In this document: one piece after another, positions 38,325-46,718 of the stretch
Layout: the number at the start of each line of letters is the position of its first letter
How positions within the stretch are numbered: the stretch's first letter is position 1
DNA from: Candidatus Rokuibacteriota bacterium
Lineage (GTDB): Bacteria; Methylomirabilota; Methylomirabilia; Rokubacteriales; DASRDR01
Reading direction: 5' to 3'
DNA length: 52,350 nt
Assembly (NCBI GenBank): GCA_044866005.1
Contig: JBIOTN010000136.1
Coordinates: 1 to 52,350, forward strand
Translations under genes and position numbers: made by a program
Notes under the pieces: generated by a model
The model's input: the letters and a program-made list of their open reading frames with translations, nothing else
Databases searched by the model: none
Told to the model about the DNA's origin: nothing

Positions 38325-39140
38325 GTGCTTTCGGACGACGCGTTCCGAGCGGCGGCTCTGCCGGTGCCAGGGTCCCCGGGGGAGGCGTCGGAGGGGGGCA
38401 GTGCGCTCCTCCGAAACATCGACGTCGCCTTCACGCTGGAAGAGGTGACCCACAGGCCGCTCGCCGGGGTCTCCGTTGTCGTGATCGACGTCGTGCGGGC
38501 TTCCACGACCATCGTGACCGCGCTCGCCAACGGCGCGCGGGCGGTCGTCCCCGTGGCGACGCCGGAAGAGGCCGCGGCTCGGGCGCGGGCCTGGCCGGAT
38601 GGCGCGGCGCTTCTCGGCGGCGAGCGCGGCGGGGCGCCGCCGCCCGGCTTCCAATGCGGCAACTCCCCGGCGGAATACACGCGGGCGCGGGTGGCCGGCC
38701 GGACCCTGCTCTTCACCACCACGAACGGGACACGCGCCCTCCTGGCCGTGGAGGGCGCCACGCGCGTGGCCGTCGGCGCCTTCGTCAACGCCTCGGCGAT
38801 CGTGGGCTGGCTCGCCCGTCAGGCGAGCGACGTCGTGCTCGTCTGCGCGGGCGAGACCGGGCGATTCTGCCTCGAGGACGCGACCTGCGCGGGCCTGCTC
38901 GCGGGCGGGCTCCGCGCGGCGCACCCGGGCGCGACCGTGTCCGATGCGGCGCGCGCGGCGGGGATCCTCTCCCGGCACTACACGGCCGATCTGCCCGGCA
39001 TGCTCGGGGAGGCCGCCTGGGCGCAGATGCTGGTGGCGCAGGGGCGCGGCGAGGACCTCGCGCTCTGCGCGACGCTCGACGCGTATCGCGTGGTCCCCGT
39101 GGTCCGCGACGGCGTGATCGTGGCCGAGGCCGGCGATTGA
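38325..39140 (+). CDS. 2-phosphosulfolactate phosphatase family (ComB-like); start uncertain (GTG 38325 or 38289)
   Basis: VVIDVVRASTT, LGGERGG, GNSP, TTTNGT, CAG...LED; GGAG 7 nt before GTG 38325. Confidence 0.85.
   Translation: MLSDDAFRAAALPVPGSPGEASEGGSALLRNIDVAFTLEEVTHRPLAGVSVVVIDVVRASTTIVTALANGARAVVPVATPEEAAARARAWPDGAALLGGERGGAPPPGFQCGNSPAEYTRARVAGRTLLFTTTNGTRALLAVEGATRVAVGAFVNASAIVGWLARQASDVVLVCAGETGRFCLEDATCAGLLAGGLRAAHPGATVSDAARAAGILSRHYTADLPGMLGEAAWAQMLVAQGRGEDLALCATLDAYRVVPVVRDGVIVAEAGD
38343..38414 (-). repeat. REP-like double-hairpin repeat, copy B, inside the 5' end of the comB-like ORF
   Basis: Reverse complement TCGGAGGAGCGCACTGCCCCCCTCCGACGCCTCCCCCGGGGACCCTGGCACCGGCAGAGCCGCCGCTCGGA aligns with 8754-8815. 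Confidence 0.7.
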
Positions 39141-39166
39141 CAGCGTTCGACGGCGCCCCGCATAAT
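39137..39166 (+). promoter_or_regulatory. sigma70-type promoter of pgsA-plsY-gpsA
   Basis: TTGACA-N18-CATAAT. Confidence 0.65.
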
Positions 39167-39195
39167 GGTGCGGCCGTGCCGGCTGGAGGCGAGGG

Positions 39196-39774
39196 GTGAA
39201 CTTACCCACCTATCTGACGCTCGGGCGGATCTGCCTCGTCCCACTGGTCGTGGTGTTCCTCATCTCGGTGGAGTCGATCCATTCCCTCGTCGCGGCGATC
39301 CTGTTCGCCGCCGCCGCCCTCACCGACTGGCTCGACGGCTTGATCGCCCGCCGCCGCCGCCAGGTCACCACGCTGGGCAAGCTGCTCGACCCGGTCGCCG
39401 ACAAGCTGCTCGTCTCGGCCGCCCTGATCTCGCTCGTCCAGGCGGGGCGGGTGGAGGCCTGGATCGTCGTCGTCATCATCGGGCGCGAGCTGGCGGTCAC
39501 GGGACTCCGCGGCGTGTCGGCGAGCCAGGGGGTCGTCATCGCCGCGTCCGATCTGGCGAAGTACAAGACCTTCGCCCAGTACCTCGCGGTGACGCTCCTC
39601 ATCCTGGAGCGGAACGTCCCGATCGGCGTCGAGAGCGAGTACGTCTACCTGTCGCGCGGCATGCTCTGGGCGACCCTGACCCTCACCGTCGTGTCGGGGA
39701 TCGACTACTTCGTGCGGTTCTATCGCGGCAGCGACGTGGAGGCGCTCGTCCGGGAGGAGGACCGCTGGCGCTGA
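39196..39774 (+). CDS. pgsA: CDP-diacylglycerol--glycerol-3-phosphate 3-phosphatidyltransferase
   Basis: MNLP..LTLGR, TDWLDGLIARR...LGKLLDPVADK, GRELAVTGLR. Confidence 0.94.
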   Translation: MNLPTYLTLGRICLVPLVVVFLISVESIHSLVAAILFAAAALTDWLDGLIARRRRQVTTLGKLLDPVADKLLVSAALISLVQAGRVEAWIVVVIIGRELAVTGLRGVSASQGVVIAASDLAKYKTFAQYLAVTLLILERNVPIGVESEYVYLSRGMLWATLTLTVVSGIDYFVRFYRGSDVEALVREEDRWR

Positions 39775-40367
39775 GCGCCGTCCTGCTGGCTCTCGCTTAC
39801 CTCATCGGCGCGGTCCCCGTCGGCTACCTGGTGGGCCGCGCGCTCGGCGTGGACATCCGCGTGCGGGGGAGCGGCAACATCGGCGCCACCAATGTCCTGC
39901 GGACCCTCGGCCGGGGGCCGGCGATCGCGACCCTCGTCGGGGACATCGCCAAGGGGTTCGTCGGCGTGTCGGTCGGCGCCCTGGCGGGGCCGGAGCCGCT
40001 CTGGCGGGCGCTGGCCGCCGCCCTCGTGGTCGTCGGCAACTGCTGGTCGGTCTTCCTCGGCTTTCGCGGCGGGAAGGGCGTGGCGACGGGGCTCGGCGCG
40101 TTCCTGCGCGCCACGCCCTGGGCCATCCTCCCGGCCGCGGCGGTCTGGGTGGTCCTGGTCGCCTCCTTTCGCTTCGTCTCGCTCGCCTCGCTCTGCGCCG
40201 CGCTCGGATTGCCGCTGGCCATCGCCCTCCTGGGCTACCCGCTACCGCTCGCCGCCGCCGCCGGTGCCGTCGCCCTGATCGTCACCACGCGCCACCACGA
40301 CAACATCGGGCGCCTGCTGGCGGGCACGGAGCGGCGTCTGGGCCAGCGCGAGCCCCTCCAGACCTGA
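39771..40367 (+). CDS. plsY: Glycerol-3-phosphate acyltransferase (probable CTG start)
   Basis: AYLIGAVP, GSGNIGATNVLR, DIAKG, FRGGKGVAT, RHHDNIGRL; no nearby in-frame ATG/GTG/TTG, CTG at 39771 overlaps the pgsA stop. Confidence 0.9.
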   Translation: MSAVLLALAYLIGAVPVGYLVGRALGVDIRVRGSGNIGATNVLRTLGRGPAIATLVGDIAKGFVGVSVGALAGPEPLWRALAAALVVVGNCWSVFLGFRGGKGVATGLGAFLRATPWAILPAAAVWVVLVASFRFVSLASLCAALGLPLAIALLGYPLPLAAAAGAVALIVTTRHHDNIGRLLAGTERRLGQREPLQT

Positions 40368-40378
40368 GGGGCGGGCCG

Positions 40379-41452
40379 ATGCCTCTCAATGGCCCGGTGG
40401 CGGTCATCGGGGCCGGGGCGTGGGGAACGGCCCTCGCCGTCCACGCGGCCCGGGCCGGGCATGCGCCTCGCCTCTGGGTCTTCGAGCCCGAGCTGCTCGC
40501 CCTCCTGGCCCGGACGGGCGAGAACTCGTGGTACCTACCCGGCATCCGGCTACCCGACGCGGTCACCCCGGTCGGCTCGCTCGCCGCGGCGGTCGCCGGC
40601 GCCGCCCTGGTGATCGTCGCCGTCCCCTCGCACGTCGTCCGGGGCGTCGCCGCCGAGCTCGTCCCGCACCTCCCGCCGACGGCGCGGCTGCTCTCCGCCA
40701 CCAAAGGCCTCGAGGACGAGCGCTTCGCGCGGGTGTCCGAGGTCCTGACCGAGCTGCTCCCGCCCCCGCACCGCGAGCCGATCGCGGTCCTCTCCGGCCC
40801 GACCTTCGCGCTCGAGGTCGCGGAGGAGCGGCCGACGGCGGCGGTCCTGGCCTCGACCGATCCGGCGCTGGCGCGCGAGCTCCAGCAGGCCCTCGCCACG
40901 CGTGCCTTCCGGCTCTACACGCAGACGGACGTGACGGGTGTGGAGCTCGGCGGCGCGCTGAAGAATGTCATGGCGATCGCCGCCGGCGTCTCGGACGGCC
41001 TGGAGCTGGGGGCGAACGCCCGCGCCGCCCTGCTCACGCGCGGGCTTGCCGAGATGACCCGTCTCGGCGTCGCGCTCGGCGCGCGGGCGCGCACCTTCGC
41101 GGGGCTGGCGGGGCTCGGCGACCTCCTCCTGACCTGCACGGGCCAGCTCTCGCGGAACCGCCGACTCGGCCTCGCGCTGGCCGGCGGCACCTCCCTCGCC
41201 GAGTGGCAGGCCGGGACGCGGTCCGTCGCCGAGGGCGTCCTCACGACGCGGGCGGCGCTGGCCCTGGCGCGGAAGGCCGGCGTCGCGGCCCCCATCACCG
41301 CCGAGATCGCCGCGATCCTGTTCGAGGGGAAATCGCCGCGGGAGGCGCTCCTATCGCTGCTCGCGCGCGAGGCCCGGCCCGAGGACGAGCCCGACGAGGC
41401 GGCACCGGGCCCCGACGCGGGCGGTCGGCCGGCCCGGCCGGGCGGCCCCTGA
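40379..41452 (+). CDS. gpsA: NAD(P)H-dependent glycerol-3-phosphate dehydrogenase
   Basis: IGAGAWGTAL, ATKGLE, LSGPTFA, GGALKNV, GLGDLLLTC, SRNRR. Confidence 0.95.
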   Translation: MPLNGPVAVIGAGAWGTALAVHAARAGHAPRLWVFEPELLALLARTGENSWYLPGIRLPDAVTPVGSLAAAVAGAALVIVAVPSHVVRGVAAELVPHLPPTARLLSATKGLEDERFARVSEVLTELLPPPHREPIAVLSGPTFALEVAEERPTAAVLASTDPALARELQQALATRAFRLYTQTDVTGVELGGALKNVMAIAAGVSDGLELGANARAALLTRGLAEMTRLGVALGARARTFAGLAGLGDLLLTCTGQLSRNRRLGLALAGGTSLAEWQAGTRSVAEGVLTTRAALALARKAGVAAPITAEIAAILFEGKSPREALLSLLAREARPEDEPDEAAPGPDAGGRPARPGGP

Positions 41453-41520
41453 CGTCCCGTGCCCCCCCGGGGGTAGCCGCGGACGAGTCAGTCGCGAGAA
41501 GATAGGAGAAGGAGGGGGGA

Positions 41521-42516
41521 GTGCCCGAGCTTCGGAAAGATCCCGTGGTGGGCCGCTGGGTGATCATCGCCACCGAGCGGGCGCGGCGCCCGTCCGACTT
41601 CACGCCCGAGCCGACGGTGCTCAAGGGGCCGGCCGGCTGCGTCTTCTGTCCGGGAAACGAGGCGAAGACCCCGCCCGAGGTGCTCGCCTTCCGGCCCGGC
41701 GGCACGGGCCAGTGGACGCTCCGGGTCGTGCCGAACAAGTTCCCCGCCCTCCAGATCGAGGGCGAGCTCACCCCGGCGGGCGAGGGGATCTATGACCGGA
41801 TGAACGGGGTCGGGGCCCACGAGGTCATCATCGAGACGCCCGACCACTTCGCGAACCTCGGGACGCTCTCGGTGGGCGCCATCGCCGACATGCTCTTCGC
41901 CTACCGCGAGCGCCTGCTGGACCTGAAGAAGGATCCGCGCTTCGAGTACATCCTGATCTTCAAGAACCAGGGCGCACCGGCGGGGGCGTCCCTGGAGCAC
42001 CCCCACTCCCAGCTCATCGCCACGCCGATCCTGCCCGAGCTGGTCCTCGAGGAGCTGGAGGGCGCCGGACGCTACTACCGGATGAAAGAGCGCTGCGTGT
42101 GGTGCGACATCGTGCGCCAGGAGCGGCGCGACGGGAACCGGGTCGTCCTCGAGCAGGACGGCTTCCTCGCCCTCGCCCCCTTCGCGCCGCGCTTTCCGTT
42201 CGAGACGTGGGTGCTCCCGGTGACCCATCGCGCGACGTTCGAGAGCATCGAGCCCGGGGACGTGGATGCGCTGGCCCGCATCCTCCGCGAGCTGGTCGCG
42301 CGCTTCAACCGGGTCCTGCGCGACCCGCCCTACAACTACGCCCTCCACACGGCCCCGCTCCGGGCGGTCGAGCTCGACCACTTCCACTGGCACCTCGAGT
42401 TCATGCCGAAGCTCACGAAGGTCGCCGGCTTCGAGTGGGGGACCGGGTTCTTCATCAACCCCACGCCGCCCGAGGAGGCGGCGCGCTTCCTGAGGACGCC
42501 GGAAGGGACGGGCTGA
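41521..42516 (+). CDS. galT: Galactose-1-phosphate uridylyltransferase family
   Basis: ELRKDP, CVFCPGNE, VVPNKFPAL, GASLEHPHSQ (HxHxQ), AGFEWGTG. Confidence 0.92.
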   Translation: MPELRKDPVVGRWVIIATERARRPSDFTPEPTVLKGPAGCVFCPGNEAKTPPEVLAFRPGGTGQWTLRVVPNKFPALQIEGELTPAGEGIYDRMNGVGAHEVIIETPDHFANLGTLSVGAIADMLFAYRERLLDLKKDPRFEYILIFKNQGAPAGASLEHPHSQLIATPILPELVLEELEGAGRYYRMKERCVWCDIVRQERRDGNRVVLEQDGFLALAPFAPRFPFETWVLPVTHRATFESIEPGDVDALARILRELVARFNRVLRDPPYNYALHTAPLRAVELDHFHWHLEFMPKLTKVAGFEWGTGFFINPTPPEEAARFLRTPEGTG

Positions 42517-42578
42517 TCCGGGCCTCGCGCCCGTACCCGCGGGGAGCCCCGAGGCGGCGGCGGGATCGGAGGCCGCGC

Positions 42579-43025
42579 TCAGGGACCCGGCGCGCAGGCC
42601 TCGGGAAGGGGGATGCGGGCCCGCTCGAGCGCCGCGCAGACCGAGCGGACGAGGGCCTGGATGTCGAACGGCTTCCCGATGATCTCCTGGGCGCCGGTCT
42701 CGCCGACCAGCGCGTCGAGCGCCACCTTGTTGGTCGTCGTCACCACGACCGGCAGCCCCTCGAGGCGCCCGCTGGTGCGCAGCTCCTGCAGGAAGTTCCA
42801 GTTGTCCTCGTACGGCGGCGCGACGTCGTAGACCAGCACGTCCGGGCGGTGCTGCTCGCGGAAGGCGTCGAGGCCGAGCCGGCCTCGCTTGATGTCGGTG
42901 ACGTGACCGCCGGCCGTGTGGAAGCCCTGCATCTCGAGCGCGATGCGGAGGACCTCGACCAGGTCTTCGTTCGCGTTGAGGATGGCGACGACGGGCCGGC
43001 GGGGAGACACGGGGGAAGACGACAT
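42579..43025 (-). CDS. Atypical single receiver-domain protein
   Basis: VVAILNANED (beta1), PDVLVYDVAPP, VVVTTT, IIGKPFD; start at ATG 43025 with GAGAG upstream. Confidence 0.78.
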   Translation of the reverse strand: MSSSPVSPRRPVVAILNANEDLVEVLRIALEMQGFHTAGGHVTDIKRGRLGLDAFREQHRPDVLVYDVAPPYEDNWNFLQELRTSGRLEGLPVVVTTTNKVALDALVGETGAQEIIGKPFDIQALVRSVCAALERARIPLPEACAPGP

Positions 43026-43211
43026 CGGCTCTCCTCTCGTCACGGCGTTCGCGGTGTGCGGCCGCGTCGTCTCCACCCTACGGGGAATCGGCGCGGCGGT
43101 CAAAGGCGGGGAGTGCTTAGAGACCTCTTCGGAGCAGCGCCGGGGGCCCGCCTCCGGGGCCGCGGCCTCGGCCGGGCGGTCCGGACGCGGCGGCCGGCGC
43201 GCCGGTCCGCG

Positions 43212-43240
43212 TTGAATTCCCCGAGCGGCTTTGCTAGAAT
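43212..43240 (+). promoter_or_regulatory. sigma70 promoter of the tRNA operon
   Basis: TTGAAT-N17-TAGAAT with extended -10 TG, 14 nt before tRNA-Gly. Confidence 0.8.
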
Positions 43241-43254
43241 TCGACCGTCGTCGA

Positions 43255-43329
43255 GCGGGAATAGCTCAGGGGTAGAGCACAACCTTGCCAAGGTTGGGGT
43301 CGCGGGTTCAAATCCCGTTTCCCGCTCCA
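43255..43329 (+). tRNA. tRNA-Gly(GCC)
   Basis: GCGGGAA acceptor, CAACC-TTGCCAA-GGTTG anticodon arm, GGTTCAAATCC T-arm, encoded CCA. Confidence 0.97.
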
Positions 43330-43393
43330 GCCGTTCCGGCCGGCCCCGGGGGAGCTCCGGGGCCGGTCGTTCGTTGGAACCAGAGCGACGGCC

Positions 43394-43469
43394 GGCGGCG
43401 TAGCCAAGTGGTTAAGGCGACGGTCTGCAAAACCGTTATCCGGCGGTTCGAATCCGCCCGCCGCCTCCA
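43394..43469 (+). tRNA. tRNA-Cys(GCA)
   Basis: GGCGGCG acceptor, ACGGT-CTGCAAA-ACCGT, GGTTCGAATCC, U discriminator plus CCA. Confidence 0.96.
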
Positions 43470-43541
43470 ATCCCCGTCGCCCCGGTACCCGAGCCGGCAT
43501 CGGCGGCTCGTAGAGACAGCCGAGGGCGCTCCTGACCGTGG

Positions 43542-43628
43542 GGGGGCGTGGCGAAACAGGCAACCGCCGGGGACTTAAAATCCTCCGTCCGCAAGGACTT
43601 GCAGGTTCGAATCCTGCCGCCCCTACCA
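43542..43628 (+). tRNA. tRNA-Leu(TAA)
   Basis: GGGGA-CTTAAAA-TCCTC anticodon arm, long variable arm GTCC-GCAA-GGAC, GGTTCGAATCC, ACCA end. Confidence 0.94.
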
Positions 43629-43711
43629 ATCTCGCTCGCCGACGCCCCGCCCCGCCCCCCGAGCCGGAGGACTGAGCTCCCTCCGCCAGCGCCAGGATTC
43701 CGAAGCTCGCG

Positions 43712-44353
43712 CTAGAAGGCCGCCACCACCGCGTGGGCGACCGACTTCATCGCGTCCCAGATGGCGTCGCCGACCCCCTTCGCGCCGTCGCAGACCCGCG
43801 TCACGCCGTCCGTCACGGTCTCGCCGACGCCCCGGACGGTCTGACGGAACCCGAGGCCGATGCTCTTCGCGCCGTCGACGACCCGCCCCGGCCCGCTCGA
43901 CGCGTCACCCGAGGCGGGGGCAGCCGCCGGGACCACCGCCGGGACGACGGCCGCAGGCGGGTCAGCCGCGCGGCCCGCCGTCGGGGCGGAGGGCGGCGTG
44001 GGCACCACCGGCGCCGCGAGCGTCGGCGGCTCCGGCGCGGCGGTGCCGCCGGCGCGGAAGGCGCGCAGCTCGTCGAGCGGGACGGCGAGCTCGCCGAGGG
44101 TGGTCCGCACCCGGAGACGCCCGCCGAGGAGCGTGCCGCGGACCACGCGCCCGTCCCGGAGACGAACCTCGCCGGACGACAGCACCACGACCTGCTGGGG
44201 GGCGATCTCGATCAGGTCCGCGCCGGTCGAGACGATGAGCACGTCATTGGCCAGCTCGCCGGCGAGGCGGCTTCCGTTCTTGTACTCGACCTCCCCCGCG
44301 CCGGCCGGGCCGGCGAGCGCGAGGGCGAGGAGGACGGTCCCAACCCATCTCAT
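43712..44353 (-). CDS. Hypothetical secreted protein
   Basis: Signal peptide MRWVGTVLLALALAGPAGA; two short beta-rich repeats, Pro/Ala linker, amphipathic C-terminal helices; GGAGG RBS. Confidence 0.7.
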   Translation of the reverse strand: MRWVGTVLLALALAGPAGAGEVEYKNGSRLAGELANDVLIVSTGADLIEIAPQQVVVLSSGEVRLRDGRVVRGTLLGGRLRVRTTLGELAVPLDELRAFRAGGTAAPEPPTLAAPVVPTPPSAPTAGRAADPPAAVVPAVVPAAAPASGDASSGPGRVVDGAKSIGLGFRQTVRGVGETVTDGVTRVCDGAKGVGDAIWDAMKSVAHAVVAAF

Positions 44354-44603
44354 CACGGTCACCTCCGGTTCGGGGTCGTGGCGCGCGCGACGACGGATCG
44401 GCTGCATCGTCATTGTCCCGCCGCGACGGGCTCTCGCGAGAATTTTTTCGCACGGCACGGCGGCGGCCGGCCGCTCCGAGCCGGCCGACATCACCGGCGA
44501 CGCGAGCACGGGCGACGACGGCACGGGCGCGGGCCCGGCACGCGCGGCGACGTCCGCATAAACTTGTTGACATCGGGTCCGACCCGCGCGGTATCCTTCA
44601 CAC

Positions 44604-45074
44604 ATGGCGCTCGGCCCGCTCACGCCCCCGCCGCACGGCGCCGAGCCCCCACGTCGCCTGGACGGCGTGACGATCCTGGTCGTCGACGATCATCCCGACA
44701 GCCTCGACGCGATGGGACTGATGCTGGGGTCGCTGGGCGCGCGCGTGCTCGTCGCCGCCGACGGCACGCGGGCGCTCGAGATCCTGGGACGGGAGCGGCC
44801 CGACCTCGTCCTGACCGACCTCCGCATGCCCACGATGGACGGCTTCGAGCTGGCGCGGCGCCTGCGCGTCGACCCTCGCACGGCCCGGACGCGGGTCGTC
44901 GCGCTGACCGGGCTCGACGACGAGGCGGACTACCTGCGGACCCTCGAGGCCGGGTTCGACGGCCACCTGACCAAGCCCGTCGAGTACGACACCCTGGGCG
45001 CGGCGCTTTGGCGCCTCCTGCCATCGGGGCGGGCGCCGGCCGGGAGACCCAGACGGGCGCGCCGACGCCGCTGA
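44604..45074 (+). CDS. Single-domain CheY-like response regulator
   Basis: ILVVDDHPD, LTDLRMPTMDG, VALTG, GFDGHLTKPV. Confidence 0.9.
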   Translation: MALGPLTPPPHGAEPPRRLDGVTILVVDDHPDSLDAMGLMLGSLGARVLVAADGTRALEILGRERPDLVLTDLRMPTMDGFELARRLRVDPRTARTRVVALTGLDDEADYLRTLEAGFDGHLTKPVEYDTLGAALWRLLPSGRAPAGRPRRARRRR

Positions 45075-45208
45075 GCTCGGCGCGGCCCGCTGGATGCCGG
45101 GGCCCGGCACGCCGGTTGCTCCGCCAAGAAGCTACCAGGGCCGCAGCTTGGCCTGGCGACGGACGCCTCGGGGAAACTTCGTGTCCCAGCAGGGGAAATC
45201 CACCGGGA

Positions 45209-45252
45209 CGGGTCGAGGTTTGCCGAAACAGGGCTCCGGGGAGGCGTCGGAG
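45209..45252 (-). repeat. Degenerate copy of the REP-like repeat
   Basis: Reverse complement CTCCGACGCCTCCCCGGAGCCCTGTTTCGGCAAACCTCGACCCG shares CTCCGACGCCTCCCC...CCCTG...CGGCA with copy B. Confidence 0.55.
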
Positions 45253-45458
45253 CCGGGACGTGCGCGTACCGTGCACGGACGGTTAGGTCTGCGCCTCCGC
45301 CCGGCCGGGCGCGCGCCTTCGGCGAGGTCGGACCGAATGAATCGGCAGGAGGACGGGATGGCCAGGGACGGGGCGGGAGCCCGCGGCGCGCTTCCGCCGT
45401 GGTCGCGTCCCGGTCCGCGTCGCTCGCCGGCGTTCCGGGCCGGCCCGCCAGGCATGCC

Positions 45459-45971
45459 ATGACGCCAGCCCAGGGGCCGAGCAAGAAACCCACCCTCCCC
45501 AAGGCGCCGCCCCTCGCGGCCGAGCCCACCCCGCGCCGGCGCCGGCCGTCGCGGCGCCCCGGACGCCCCAGCACGAGCTGGCTGCCGCGGCTCGACGGCC
45601 TCCTGGTCCTCATCGTGGAGGACGATGCCGACTCCCGGGAGCTCAGCCGGACGATGCTCGAGCGACACGGCGCCACCGTGTTCCTGACCGAGACGGCCTT
45701 CGAGGCGCTTCGCCTGCTCGAGACCATGCAGCCCGACGTCGTCGTCGCGGACCTGCGGATGCCGCGGATGGACGGCTTCGAGTTCGTGCGCGAGATCCGC
45801 ACGGAGCGGCGGTGGACCCGGCTCCCGGTCATCGCCCTGACGGCGCTCGGCACGGACGAAGACTACCTGGGAACGCTCTCCTCAGGCTTCGACGCCCACC
45901 TCACCAAGCCCGTCGACGACGTCGTGCTCGCGAGCACCGTGCTGCGGGTGGCCCGCAGGCGGCCCGAGTAG
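45459..45971 (+). CDS. Single-domain CheY-like response regulator (paralogue of 44604)
   Basis: VLIVEDDAD, VADLRMPRMDG, IALTA, GFDAHLTKPV. Confidence 0.9.
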   Translation: MTPAQGPSKKPTLPKAPPLAAEPTPRRRRPSRRPGRPSTSWLPRLDGLLVLIVEDDADSRELSRTMLERHGATVFLTETAFEALRLLETMQPDVVVADLRMPRMDGFEFVREIRTERRWTRLPVIALTALGTDEDYLGTLSSGFDAHLTKPVDDVVLASTVLRVARRRPE

Positions 45972-46177
45972 CGGGGGCGCGTTCCGGGAGGGATCCCGGC
46001 CGGCCCGGTCACGACCGCCGAAGCCGCGCTGAGCGGCTCGCGGGGGGCGCCAGCACGGCGAGAGTCCCTAGGGGCGAGGCGGCGTTGCACGTGACGCTCG
46101 CTGCGTGCTATTCAAGCCTCGGGCAGCGCAGCCGGGCGCAGGCTCGGGCGCCCGTGATCCTGCCGGGGAGGGCAGCG

Positions 46178-46387
46178 GTGAAGGAGTCGGTTCCCACCGT
46201 ACACTTCTGGATCAGCGGACTCGACGGGGCGGAAATCGTCCGCCTGCCACGCCGGCTGATCATCATTCATCTGGACCGCTATCACGACCGCGACTGGATT
46301 GCGGCGACGTACGCTCAGCGCCGGGGAGGGACCATCGAGCGGCTGGAAGGGTTGGTCGCCCGCCGCGACCTGCTCGGCACGCCCTAG
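46178..46387 (+). CDS. Small hypothetical protein (69 aa)
   Basis: GGGGAGG RBS before GTG; globular-looking sequence HFWISGLDG...IIIHLDRYHDRDWIAATY. Confidence 0.45.
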   Translation: MKESVPTVHFWISGLDGAEIVRLPRRLIIIHLDRYHDRDWIAATYAQRRGGTIERLEGLVARRDLLGTP

Positions 46388-46532
46388 GGCCGGGGCGGCG
46401 GCGCCCGGGGGGGGCAGCGGCCGGTGGGGCGGGCGCGCGGCGGCCTCCCGGCCGGGCCCCGCGTCCTCCAGCGTCCGGGGCTGCGCGGGAGGGAGGCCCT
46501 GGGAACGGCCGCCCGGCCGCTTTCCGTTCCGC

Positions 46533-46561
46533 TTGGCGGGGGGGGGCACCCTACGTATACT
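46533..46561 (+). promoter_or_regulatory. Possible promoter of the gvp cluster
   Basis: TTGGCG-N17-TATACT. Confidence 0.55.
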
Positions 46562-46718
46562 AGGCATGCACTACCTGCCAGGGCGCCAAGACACGACCGG
46601 ATCGCGGGCAGGATCGCCTGAAAGTGACCCCTGCCGCCCGGCGCCGCGGGAGCGGCGGGGTCACGGCGACAGGACACGAAACACCGGCGGCCCGCGGGAA
46701 ACGAGGATTCCCGAATCG

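Noticed and set aside
38325..39140. Coenzyme M biosynthesis
   Set aside because: ComB-like phosphatases are widespread in bacteria; no comA, comC or comDE in the window
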